Shown in pieces: positions 1-12,339 of a stretch of DNA of 64,000 bases. The notes below the pieces were generated by a model. It was not told the DNA's origin. It searched no databases and saw only the letters and a program-made list of their open reading frames with translations. Source of the stretch: Auanema rhodensis (Eukaryota; Animalia; Nematoda); assembly GCA_964057225.1 (NCBI GenBank), contig OZ059894.1, forward strand, positions 7,316,001 through 7,380,000, read 5' to 3'. The position numbers and the translations under genes were made by a program. Position 1 is the stretch's first letter. Each line of letters begins with the position of its first letter.

Positions 1-1569
1 ATTAACAGGTTTGTAAGCCTAAATTTTTTATATTCATCTTTCTGTTATTCATTAAACGTTTAGCCTGATTTTTTAAATTGTATTATAAAAATTTTCAGAC
101 GTCTTTTCCAAGATGAACAACAAGATCTGTTCCAAGACCTTCAAGCCTTACCGAGAAATGCTGCTCTACGTAAGCTCAATGACTTAATCAAGAGAGCCCG
201 CCTGGCTAAGGTATGGTTTTTGTTTCATATCATCTATATATTATATTTGTGTAATTTGATCAATGTTTTTTGTAGTTGTAAGTAATTATATAGGAAACCT
301 TTTATTAATATTAATTAAACACAGCACGGTTGCATTCATATTTAATATTGGCCAGATATTTATTATATTTTCTTATTCAGGTACACGCTTACATTATTGC
401 TGAATTGAGAAAGCAAATGCCAACTATGATTGGAAAAGAGAAAAAGAAGAAGGAACTTATTCAAAATCTTGATAAGATTTTCGACCAGCTTCAAGTAAGA
501 AATCTTTATTTTAAACGTCTAACTTTTCTTTCAGCGGGAGCATAACATTTCTCCAGGAGACTTCCCTGATGTTAACAAGATGAGAGAGAAACTTCAGAAT
601 CAAGATTTCACCAAGTTCAATCCTATCAAGCCTAAACTTCTCGAAGTTGTCGATGGAATGCTTGCCTCTGATATAGGTAACCATTAGATTAAATCCTTAT
701 TTCAAAATAATGATATATAGCTCGTTTGATGTCTCAAATTCCCAAAGAAGAGCAAGCCATGGTTGTAAACGGTGGTCCTCATGAACAACCATCAGTTAAA
801 GGAGGAGCATTTAGTAATGCCCAAGAAACGGAAACTCCATTTGGTTTCGGAAAGGTACTAGCTTCTCTTTTCTGTTTTTTTTAAACTTTTTAATCTATTG
901 ATAATTCTTGAGTAGTTCACTTTTTTTAGTATAATGATCGTTGGGTAGGTGATAAGTTTCAGTTCAGATTGATCCTTTTTATGCTTTTCTGCAATTCTGT
1001 CGACAGCTTTTTGTATTCCTTGTTGTTCATTGTTTTCTTATAATCTTCTGTTCTGTAAGCCCTCTGTGTCCTGAAACGCTGCCAAAAAGTTTACTGTTAT
1101 ATCCTTATACGTAGCCAAATATCCCTCAGAAGTGCTAATTAGCATATGTAAAACTGAATATGTTTTCAGGGAGAAGGTTTCGACAAGGGAGCCGATGAGA
1201 ATGAATGGGTAGTAAGCAGGGAACGAAATACTGCCGATTCTACATTTAACAGTCTTGGCCCAGTTAATGGATATCTCTCTGGTTTGTATAAGACAAGCCA
1301 CTTTCGATTATTTATAAAATGTTGCAGGACGCATTGCTAAGGAACATATGGTTAAATCTAAGCTTCCAAATGCTGTTCTCGGAAAGATTTGGAAACTGGC
1401 CGATGTTGACAAGGACGGTCAATTAGATAATGACGAGTTCGCTTTGGCTAATTATCTTATCAACCTGAAGCTCGAAGGCCACGAACTTCCAAATGATTTA
1501 CCTGGTCATCTTGTTCCTCCTAGCAAGAGAAATGTTGAGACTGTGTACCCCACACTTGAAGACGAGTAA
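1..1569 (+). CDS. rme-1: EH-domain-containing protein (EHD/RME-1), 3' part; gene starts upstream of the window
   Basis: Exons <1-8, 99-210, 381-494, 535-676, 721-854, 1170-1281 and 1328-1569 join in frame across GT-AG introns. The product includes DLQALPRNAALRKLNDLIKRARLAKVHAYII, REHNISPGDFP and a C-terminal EH domain (KSKLPNAVLGKIWKLADVDKDGQLDNDEFALANYLINLKLEGHELPNDLPGHLVPPSKR). Confidence 0.95.
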
Positions 1570-4500
1570 ATCTCTGATAACGAATCTTATGCAACAATTG
1601 TTGTTTAACGTCTGGAGCCTAACTATCTTCACTTTTTGCACATTTTCCGGTTAACCTATGTATTTCTAATACTCACCTTCGTAGTACAGGATATTACTTA
1701 GGAGTTTGCTTTGCCTTTTCACCTTTTAATATACATGTCTATCCGTGATTACACGGCGCTCTTTAGCGACCATTTTTTCCGAATGTCATCTGTTATGTTT
1801 AAAGTTTATGCTAACCGCATAATATAATTCAATCTGTTAGCAGAACATCTAGCTTCTGTTTGTGATAAAAAAGAAAGGAAGACGATTGTTTGATAAATTA
1901 TATAAATAATGCTGTTTCAATTTTCAAGTGCTATAGTAATTTATTGTTGGAGCGGTAATAAAGTTTTTATGAGCTTACCTCTTTATTAATTTTCAATATA
2001 TTTATTTTGATTTAATTTTAGCATTTCATTACAACATTGTTTTTGGAGGAAGTGTGTTCGTCAACGCCAAATAATGTACCGTTGTTTCCGAAATCTAACT
2101 ATGAGTTCTTAATTAGAAATATTTAGTGTTACACCATATTTCTTTGAAGATCAGTGTATACTAGTTGTAGTAAAAAAATATTTTTAATTTTTTTTTGAGT
2201 ATTAGTCCCTACCTTCAGTTTCCTTGCATCTTTCAGAATTACGATAATGAGTAACTATTGAAACGGTAAAAAATTGTTATCTCAGCCCTTATGCCCCTCT
2301 CACCAAGAATAGGCTAACTGAGCATATTTCTAGTTTCTTTTTTTTTTTTGATTAAAATAGCAACCGGACTTTAATCGAATTAAACTCTCCTGTACGTGGG
2401 CTTTTCTTCATGCATGTTATATCACTAATTAAAGAGATCAACTGGAATTTGTATGGATGTGTCTGACGCAATATTGTAAAGTATTTGCTAAACGATGTCT
2501 TTCCTCTCAGTACTCAAAACATGTAGATCAACCACAACAGCTTAAAAGATTACAACAATCGCTTAAATAAAGCATGCATATTTATTTTGTAAAAAATAAA
2601 GTATCATTGCAATGATGTGATTTATAAGCTTTAATGATGTATGAAAGTAAAGATTAATAACAATAAGAATCTTGAACATTAAAAATTCAACTAATACGAT
2701 ATTTCGCTTGTCTCTCTAATTTCATGAGTACTCAAAAGAAACTACCTAGAATCATTATTAAATACACTCTTGTGGAATTAATACTTTTAAATAATATTAA
2801 TTTCTTTACCACATTCAGAAGAATTGTTATCGAGGAAGTCATAAAAGTAAAATGCTTCGCTTACATTTCTTTGTCTATTATAGTTGTCCGATGAATAACA
2901 CATGAGGAAGTCAGGGAAATTGTATTAATAGTGTTTGAAATTGTATGATTACTTTATCAAAATAATATATCTTATACATTATCTTATGATATGCTATATT
3001 TTAACTGATTAGTAAATTAAGCGGATTATGCCTACGACAAAAAGTAGTTTTCTAACAAAGTATAGATGCTATACATGTAGTAATATCAGAAAATTATATA
3101 GAAAGTATCGTATGGTTTCATCGATGTATGAAAAACGAAGTTATTGCGTTGTGATCTTTTCGTATTATCAATTATTTCCAATTAATGGCATTAATGTCTC
3201 GTGCCATTATGAATGCAACTATTTTTTGATCATAAATGAAGTAATAAAGAATTGGAAAGATAAATTGTTTTATTTTCAATTGTTTTAGAATGAGCTTCAT
3301 ATATCAATTCCTATATATAATTAGGGAAAAAGGCAAAATGAGATTGCCCAACAACAACTTGAAATAATCGCGTGATTCTGTGAAACACATTATATAACAA
3401 AGTAGTCAGTTAGAGGGCGTTTGATGAAGTTTTTATACAAATGGCAAACTGTCTTCATTTTGATTTGATATTGCATCAGCCACCATCTTGTGCTATGTTT
3501 TTGAAATAAATAAATAATACGAAACGTTTACATTCCAAATAATTGAACATTAGTACAGTGAAATGTTTATCGTCCACATCAATAAACAATTTGTATTATT
3601 TGTATTATGAACAATATTGAATAATTGGGATATTAGATACACAACCTTTAAATTATTCTTATTGATTATGTATATAGACATTGATAGTTATTATATAATT
3701 TGTTGATTTTTCAATTATTGGATAATAAATTTCTATAGTACTTTGATACATTTTTCATTTGTATGATATTGAAAAATATATCCAAGCTGGTTGACACTGT
3801 TTCTCCATCTTGCTTTAAATTTTTCGTAATCATTTATGTTTTAAACATTCACTCAACTAGTTTGATCTGGAACTGAAATCTGATTATCGTATGCTGGTGA
3901 GATCTGCATGGCTTGCCTTGACAATATTCTAACATCAATAAGAAAGTTTGTTGTAATAAATCACATCAAGGAATTACTTACAGCGTAATACGCAATATCT
4001 TTGGCTAAAATCCTCCGAAAAATTAAGAAGTCAAATGTTTAACCAGATGACTTCATGGAATGTTTCTCCTTTTTTTCTGTGTTTGCAGAATGGATATTCA
4101 AAATATTTTCTGATTTGAAAATTAAAAACAATTTGCTCTCCAGTGTAGATAATTCAGAAGAAAAGCTATATTTCGCCGATCAAACACTAGTTGTTTTGAG
4201 GGATTTCCTAGGCATTCCATAATGTCCACCCCCATAACGTCTTTTGTCAATAATTCTGTAGATCAACAAGGAGATTAAAACAAAAAGTACACTATTATGA
4301 CGTTTTCAGGAATCCCCTTCACCGCTGATATTTTGTCTTTGTTTCTCACGTGCTTCTCTGTTGGAGACAGTCCATATGGTCCTGCGATTGACTATGGATC
4401 AGATCACACAGACTATACTGCTTTTTCAAATCTATGAAATTTAGCAAAATATAGAGAAAAAAAATTCTCAGAACATTGAGAATAATAGATTCAAAATAAT

Positions 4501-5352
4501 TTCCGGTATCGAGTTATTATGAAGTAAAAAAACCGATAGAGAAAAAAACATTTTTGTTAACTACATCTGTATATCCTTCATTTCTATCACATGCCATTTC
4601 TTTTTCAACTTTTTGAATTCAATATCCATACATACATACATTCTCATTCTATTGTCATTATATTCATACAAATTTTTTGAAAATTTGTTTAGGAACAGAT
4701 GTATATATACTTGAAACAGTAGTTTTTTTTTAGCTTTTAGACTCTTTTTCGCCTCAAAACAGCTCTTTCACCAGAACAACTGCCCTTATACCACTAAAGC
4801 AAACGTCATGTGTAAATGAATACTGAAACGAAACAGAGATCAAGAAAAGGATAGAGCATCAAGAAAAGATTAATGAAAACTAGAGAGGCTTGCTGAGTGA
4901 GGGAGGGCAGCAAGGTAGATGTGACCACATGATTCCCGACGACTACACGAGGTTGAAAGATTTTTTTTCTTTTTTGCTCTTTATATTTGCTCTATACGAA
5001 AGCATCGGGGTATCCCTCAAATATATATGAAACGTTTACTTTTATACTTTTCAGCTTTTCTTCAGTTTCGCTAATTGTATGCAATGATAGAATATACACA
5101 CAGAGAGAAACTTAAGCTAATCTTTTGAAAAAGTAACGAATTCAAGACAGATTAGTAAACTTGAAGTTCTTAAATCAAACACAAATAAACTGATCATTTG
5201 AGCTTTGCTATTCAATATATGAACGGCACGAGCAGCAAAGAACGTCAACAGTCTACATGCTTCTGACGAATGTCAAATATATTTGATAAAGAAAGTTAAT
5301 AAGTTCATGAAACAATCAAACCATCTCAATATATATATAATGACCCGATACT

Positions 5353-5446
5353 CACGTATTACACGTTCACTTTTTAGAAATATTCGGCACGTATCTTTGA
5401 CACGCACGATCTCGAGATACAGATCGAATGATCTAAAAATCACGTA
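5353..5446 (-). promoter_or_regulatory. Cluster of RCGTG/TACGTG (hypoxia-response-element-like) motifs upstream of ChaC
   Basis: CACGTA (= TACGTG on the minus strand) at 5353, 5388 and 5441, CACGTT at 5362 and CACGC at 5401, all in one orientation within ~95 bp. Confidence 0.5.
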
Positions 5447-6167
5447 TTATTTTGTTGCCTATGTTGTTTTGTCTTTAGGTGTTCTTTAGTCGTAAAGTTA
5501 GAATTAGTGTTTACTTTGTTCTTTTCCTTATTCTTTAATAAATTACAGAATATTTTTTTAAAATAATGTTTTACCTTTTGCAACGAACACGTTTTTTTGT
5601 TGCTTTTTACCTTCTATGATCTTTGCATTTAATATCAAAAAATTAAATTACTAGAGCTAAATTCTAAAGAACAAATAACAATAAAAATCATTTAAATAGA
5701 AAAAATAATAATAAATTGTCCTTTACACAGCTAATATTTAGGTGTTGGAACTGTTCTGTTTATACAATCAATGTCTATCTGATAGTTTAAAGATGAAACG
5801 TATCAATGTATTAATGTCATTAGGATTTGCATACAAAACATGAATATAAGATTGAATTATGAACCTATATGCACTTCTTATTTGATCATATAGCTGTTGT
5901 ATGGAACAGAGAACAATTGCTCTTTTTACTTACTTAATATATGATCTGTAAACGGCAGCTTATATCTACATATAATTCATATATCCGATGCAAGTTCATG
6001 CAAACCATATCTCTTTCCTTATGTACTATAACATGTCATGAATATAAAATGAAATATTGCTGCTGCTAATGTATCTGCAGCCTTTAACCATACATCCAGC
6101 AAGCATCAGTTCCCATGTCTTTCTCATTTTCTTTTCTTCTCTCATCTCCCACCCGTTCTCTCTCGTT

Positions 6168-6273
6168 TGGTGGCTGATGCAATCACCTAACCAACATGTG
6201 TCATTTTGTCTGTGTCTCTCCGCCCCTCCAAATGTGGTATATAGAAAAGAGCAGCACAGAATATCTCATCAGT
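6168..6273 (+). promoter_or_regulatory. Candidate core promoter: CARE + GC box + TATA-like + Inr-like
   Basis: TGATGCAAT at 6175-6183, CTCCGCCCCTCC at 6218-6229, GTATATAGAAAA from 6237, and TCATCAGT about 30 nt downstream. Lies ~2.1 kb upstream of the ChaC ATG on the same strand. Confidence 0.5.
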
Positions 6274-6824
6274 ACGACTTTATGCTTTCAAGCAAACTCT
6301 TTCCTCCTCCTTCACAGGAACTTTCTATTTTTTTTGTTTTTTCTCCAAGATTGTTCTTTGAATTTCAACCCAATTGTATCATATTTCTAATTGCAGTCTT
6401 CTGCGTTCAAAGTTTACGCTATTTGATTCATTGTTTTCTATTTCTGTCTGTCACATAAGCTATATAGGGAATTTCTGTTTTTTTCAATTTAATTTATGAA
6501 GATTTTTATGTTTTTTTTTGTCGTTTTTCAAATATAATATATGGAACTAGTTTATCATTACAACTATGCTCCTTATAAGTAGTTTGCTTCCTCTTCTTTC
6601 GCTCATTTTCGTGGTCTGGTTCTAGTATCATAGTGATCATATTCTTTCATTCATTTTTTCTTCTCTATTTTTCCTACAACCTAATAAAAAACTCTTTCTT
6701 CTTCATTCTTTCTTTCGTGTTCATCTCTCTCTCTCTCTTTAGCTCGGATAACTGTTGTTAAATGGAAATAGATTCCATTCGTTGTCATGCAAGCTTCATG
6801 AAAAAGAATTATATCATATAATTC

Positions 6825-6826
<2 letters not shown>

Positions 6827-6902
<76 letters not shown>
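6827..6902. repeat. (TA)n microsatellite, ~38 units
   Basis: Perfect TA run seen directly. Confidence 0.97.
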
Positions 6903-6903
<1 letters not shown>

Positions 6904-8427
6904 GAAAAAAGAGATTAAAATTGTAAATATAAATTACTGATTCGGACTTGCAATGCAAAATAGTTTATTGAGCTTTTGGTTTTAAGAATAAAATGAAATG
7001 AAAAGGGCGAAATATTTAATTTTCTGAACTATGTCTCAATATCTTTTTTTCACATCAATTTTTGAATATTTAACTGTTTTCTCAGCTCAACGTTCATTTA
7101 AAATATAATATATATTATACGTATATTACCACGAGATTATGTAGTAAAACTCACATCCAACTCAGTATCTTTTATTTTTCTGCTTGCATGCCATCTACTT
7201 TTCATTCTCAAACATACATGAACTCAACACAATTTCTTATAATTACATATGCTCTTTTGGTTAGTTCATTTCTGTCAGTTCATTCTGGAACATACACTTA
7301 ATATTTCTCTATGTGCTCTCGTAAAGTTAGTAGAGCAAAGTACAACTTCTAGAAATGAAACATTTTCTAAAGCTTTTTAAAAATTACAAGTTTAGCTGAT
7401 TAAATTTGAGACATAATAAACTTTTTTATTAAGATTTAATTTAATTTTGTTTATCTTTAATTGCATGGAAGTAAAAACTATTAATTTGAGAAACTTCACG
7501 TGAATTTCATGCTCATCACTTTTGCCATGATTATGCTACGATGGGCGGTCTCACATAGCCTTCGTTGTTGAAAAAATGAAAACAAATCAGAAAATTAAGT
7601 GTATTATTTACTTTAATTTTTTTCTTGTCAATATTTAAAATTTTTTTTGTCTCAGTTTTGCGAAGCAAATATTTCCTCCGACTTTTGCTATATATTCGTT
7701 TTTATCTCTTTTTAGTTGTGTGTGTCATGTGTTGGTTAGTTGCTAGCAAAGCAGCTGTGTAAGAGAAAAAATGGGGAAAGCCCTCAGGGTCTCCCTACTA
7801 AGCAACGCCCCTTTTTGCTATAGCTTTTTGGTCTGACCACTTTGGCCAGAGCGAAGCCAACCAAGCAGCTCTGGGACTTGACACTTCTGCCTCGTGCCTC
7901 TTTTTTGCCTTCGTTTTCACTCCTTTTCCCACAGATGATCTTTGCTATAGTGATGAAAGGTTGGGAGCTAGGAGTTAACTCTTGTCTGTTCTGTCATTCT
8001 GTTTGCTCCGGCCTAGCTTCATTATACGAAAACCATCAATTCGTATTTCGCTTGAGAAAATACTAGGTAGGATAATCATGAAAAGAACTTCTTCATTCCA
8101 AGTTAGTTGTTTGGTTTTTGAACATATTCAATACGCTCACTTGAATATTCCAACTTCTGTTATATACACATACTATTATTTTTTATTTTTCTCTTATTTG
8201 AAGCTTATTTTTCATATTTTCTTGGAAAAAATTCTCATCTTTTGCTTTATTTTCCTAGATACCTGCTTATATCTACATTTTCATTTCACATGGCTTTTTG
8301 TCGTCTATTAGTATCTTGATTATCACCCTTTTCTTATAAATTATCAATACATTGGTACAATTTTTCAGGATTTCTATACCCCTTTTTTCTCATTCTACTA
8401 CATATCTGACTACAAGAAACTTTCAAA

Positions 8428-10252
8428 ATGCACTACCGTGATTTCACATACGAAGAAGAGCCTTCTCTCTGGATTTTCGGATACGGAAGTCTGATATGGA
8501 ATCCTGGCTTTAATCATGATGGACAGCATAAAGCTTATGCCCGTGGCTTTGCTCGCCGTATGTATCAAGGAAATACCTTCCATCGTGGAGATGAACAGCT
8601 GGTAAGATTTTCTTTCTTATGATTACAATCTATATTCCTTATTATCACTAAATCATTCATACTTGCTATCCCTTGTCTTATCAAAGATATTTGTTGCGTC
8701 AGATTCTACGAATCATGCGAGGTCCGTTTTAAGTAGCTTATCAAACGCTTCTTCAGTGAATTTTACATCTTTATTCTCTGAAACATGTTGATTACAGTGT
8801 GCGCACTATCTATTTTTGGATTTTGTGAAAGAAAATATCTAAAATAAGATCAAAACGAGAAACTGCATCAAAAATTCGTTAAAGATTTTTTTTATTCGTT
8901 TATATGATCGCTAACTTATTCTTTTCAACATCTTCGTGGATGTTCCAGCATTCTTTTAGTCAGAGAGAGTACGAGAGAAAAAGAGAAAAAGCGAGGGAGC
9001 GAGCGAGAGAACAAGGGTTGATGAAACAAAGACATCGGGTCCGCTGCAGTCTTTCTAGTTTCGTCAATATATGTCTACAGCCGCAGTATATGAGCTAGCT
9101 ATACTGCTAGCGAACTGCCAGTTGCAGTAGTAGCCCTAGCCTTAGACAAGAATGCGCGTGGCTTTTGCATGAATGAAACGCCTGCTTTCATGTCTCCTCT
9201 TCTCATATTTTCTCTTATGAATTCTCTCGTTTCTCTGCTTCTCGCTTTTTCAATTTCTATACGCTGTAGTTGGGCATCTGGTGGTCGGAACACAATGGCA
9301 TGTGACAGAAAAGCACGTGACCAGAATTATTATCACTTAGTATATCAATATCACTCTTCGATTTATAACAAATTATAGAAAAAACTAAATGATTAAAACT
9401 AGCTGAAATCACTTTAGCGAGTACTCAAAAGGGTCTTATCTTTTCTTCTCTCTTTTGATTCCAAGTCCTTATTGAAACGTTTCGAAAGGTTTTCTGGCAT
9501 GATTAACATTAACCTGTCTGATAAGTTCGAAACTTTCTGACCTGTATGGTTCAAAATCGTCAAACAGAACTGATTTGATATTTGACGTAGACACAGTCTA
9601 GAACCGGGTTCTAAACCGAAAAAGTACCCAATAATACCTTTGTTATCATTAGAAACATCTTTTTTTATCATTTGCCCTTAGATTATTGTATCAAAATACA
9701 ATTTTGTTATCAAACAACAATAATAAAAGATTTTTTTGATAATCTCTATTTCAGCCTGGACGAGTTGCAACTTTGATTGAACATCCTTCTGCTACTGCAA
9801 GCGGAGTTGTATTCCGAGTTGAAGGAGTTTCCGAGATCGCCAAGGCTGTTGCTCATCTAAAAGAAAGAGAAGTGCGTCTTACATATTCGATTCAATGACG
9901 TCAATATCATTTGATGTTGATCAAATATATAAATTTCTTATTACAATTCTTACAGCTCGACAATGGCTATGAATTCTGTATGGTACCTGTTGAGGTTCTT
10001 ATTGACGATGAAGACGACACCGTCAATATGATGGCTTTGACTTGCATTGCTCGAGGAGATAACCAGTTTTACCTTGGACCTGATAATGTTTCCAAGATGG
10101 CTCGGGAAATTTGCATCGCCAGAGGACGTGCTGGACCAAACCACGAATATGTACTAAAGTTGGCCGAAAATGTGCGAAGACTATTCCCCGAAGAAGAGGA
10201 TGACCACCTGTTTGAGCTTGAAACCCTTATTCGACGATCTGCATTTGCCTGA
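8428..10252 (+). CDS. ChaC-family glutathione-specific gamma-glutamylcyclotransferase
   Basis: Exons 8428-8601, 9755-9871 and 9956-10252 join in frame. Family motifs LWIFGYGSLIWNPGF, ARRMYQGNTFHRG, PGRVATL, HLKERELDNGY, YLGP and GRAGPNHEYV. TTTCAAA context before the ATG. Confidence 0.95.
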
Positions 10253-11684
10253 ACATTTTGCAATTTTTTAAAAAAACTAATCTCAGATTGACAATCTATT
10301 TGCTATGTTTTTTTTCAAATAGATATCAGCATGTAATGCCCAACGCTTTCAACCTCAAACTTTAATGAGGATCAGCTTTATGCGATTTTGTACATATGTA
10401 TATGATTTGTATAATTGTAACTACTTGGATCTGTTTCATCTGAACAAATAGGCAACGAACTGCTCAACTATCTTTCTATGTTTCCAAAACAACTCATGCC
10501 CATATTGCTTTCTAATTTCAAAAATTTCGATTATTAATGATCATCCTTATTCATATCGCATGAGATGTCAGTGAGCTTCTTCACATTTGAACGTTTGTTG
10601 AGTACCAGTTCGGCTATGATTTTTTTAGAAAAAAAAGCATTAACGAGTTTCATGGGTTGTCCAGTTGCTCTCTCACGTGTACTTACTTTCTAATCGTCTA
10701 CCGAAATTGATATTTCTTTAACGAATAGAAACTTTTACAAAAGTTTTAACATTTAAAACTGTTTATTTCTATGTTTTATTGACCGTTTTAGGAATCAATA
10801 GCATTAAAGGTTTTATATTATATATATTTCAAACACATTTCACTAAACATCATACAGTACTACAATGATATTGAAAAAAAAGTTATATACTTCACAGTTT
10901 GAGCTCCAAACTACATGTTATGTGCTGGTATGCTAACATATATGAGAGCTGGAAATATTTTTTGAATGATCCTACTTCTTTTCGGGAAAGTAAGTACGAG
11001 TTCGTTGTATATAGCAACACCTTCTTGTTAAACTCAGATTTGAAATATCATTTTGGCTCCAAAGAAGAGATCCTGTAGATCAAATTTCAAAGTAATAATT
11101 TTCAAAGTAATGTTTGCCTTTAGTGAAGGACTATGAGATATTGAATGAACTATTATTTTTTTATTTTTTGACTTCAAAACAAAACCCAAAATCAAAAATA
11201 TTTATTTTTTAAACTTTCATATCATTATTGGAACAGGTTTCGATCAAAGAAGTGCGAAGTTTTTCAGATTATATCAGTTTATTACCATAATTGATAGAAA
11301 ATATGCGCAAAACGATTGTTTTCTCTGTGTAATTATACTTGAAAACAACAAATCACCTGGTTAAGGGGTACATATATATATACCTTGAAATACAGAGTGA
11401 TATTCAGTACAGTTTGATTATAATTTAAACTGTGATTTACATATCGAAACACCATTTATTATTTGTACACAGTAATTTCGCTATCTTGGTGTTTTTCCTA
11501 AAATGATTTAGTTCAGTCTTTTGTTCTTCTTTGCTTTAAACTATGATGTCATTTTAGTTAATGTTCATCTGTAACTGATTTCTTTTTAAAAAAAATGTTT
11601 TATTAAACTTTTTATGTCCTTGTACCTATGATCATTCTATATAAAAGTTCTAACCAACATCTATTCAGATTTAAACCAATTAAG

Positions 11685-12339
11685 ATGTCTGTTCTTCGTT
11701 TGGTAAGATTATCTTTCAATTTCTAAACAATGATTTTCATTCTCAGATTATTGCTCTTGCAATTCTTGCTGTAACTATCGAAGCTGGTGTGAACTACCTA
11801 GTTAGAGAAGCTAGAAACAGTCCAGTTAAACCACGTCAGTTTCATCTTCATTTATCTTGAAATAGCATCAAGTTCAGAATGTGGTGAGAATGAGCAATTT
11901 ACCAACTGTGGAACTGCTTGTGAGCCCAAGTGTGGTGATCCAGAATTCGTATGACATTCACAATGAATTTTCTCTAAAAACGACTTTTTTAAAGATGGCA
12001 TGCACCCTTCAGTGTATCGTTAATGTTTGCCAATGCAAGCAAGGTTTTGCCCGGGACAGCCAAGGAATTTGTATTCCAAAGGAAGACTGTAACAAGGGTA
12101 AGTTTCTTTTCACAAAGTTTTTATTTAAAAAATATTGATCTTTTAATTTTTCAGGAAATTACTCTACACCTAAATGCCATCCATGTAAACCCAACGAGTA
12201 TTGCAAACTAGTACAGGTTAACTGCATACAAGCACCATGCCCTCCAATTCCCATGTGCACACCTCGGTTAGTTTTAAAATTTCTTCTTATAGAGGTTTCC
12301 TATAATTATAATTTAAAAATCATTTGTAGGTATCAATAA
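11685..12339 (+). CDS. Secreted TIL-domain protease inhibitor, type A copy 1 (loop C-T-L-Q-C) with C-terminal 6-Cys module
   Basis: Exons 11685-11702, 11747-11834, 11878-11948, 11995-12097, 12155-12266 and 12330-12339. Signal peptide MSVLRLIIALAILAVTIEA; 10-Cys TIL domain CGENEQFTNCGTACEPKCGDPEFMACTLQCIVNVCQCKQGFARDSQGICIPKEDC; then CHPCKPNEYCKLVQVNCIQAPCPPIPMC. TATATAAAAG at 11638 and a downstream AATAAA. Confidence 0.92.

Noticed and set aside
4309-4437. Open 43-codon stretch after a TTTTCAG acceptor (possible terminal exon)
   Set aside because: No compatible upstream exon and no recognisable protein similarity.
6755-6940. ORF with a YI repeat
   Set aside because: It is a translation of the (TA)n tract.
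11835-11865. Apparent ultra-short 31-nt intron in type A/C TIL genes (acceptor AAATAG)
   Set aside because: An in-frame AGTTCAG acceptor 12 nt downstream fits the nematode consensus better, gives a normal 43-nt intron and matches the type B junction.
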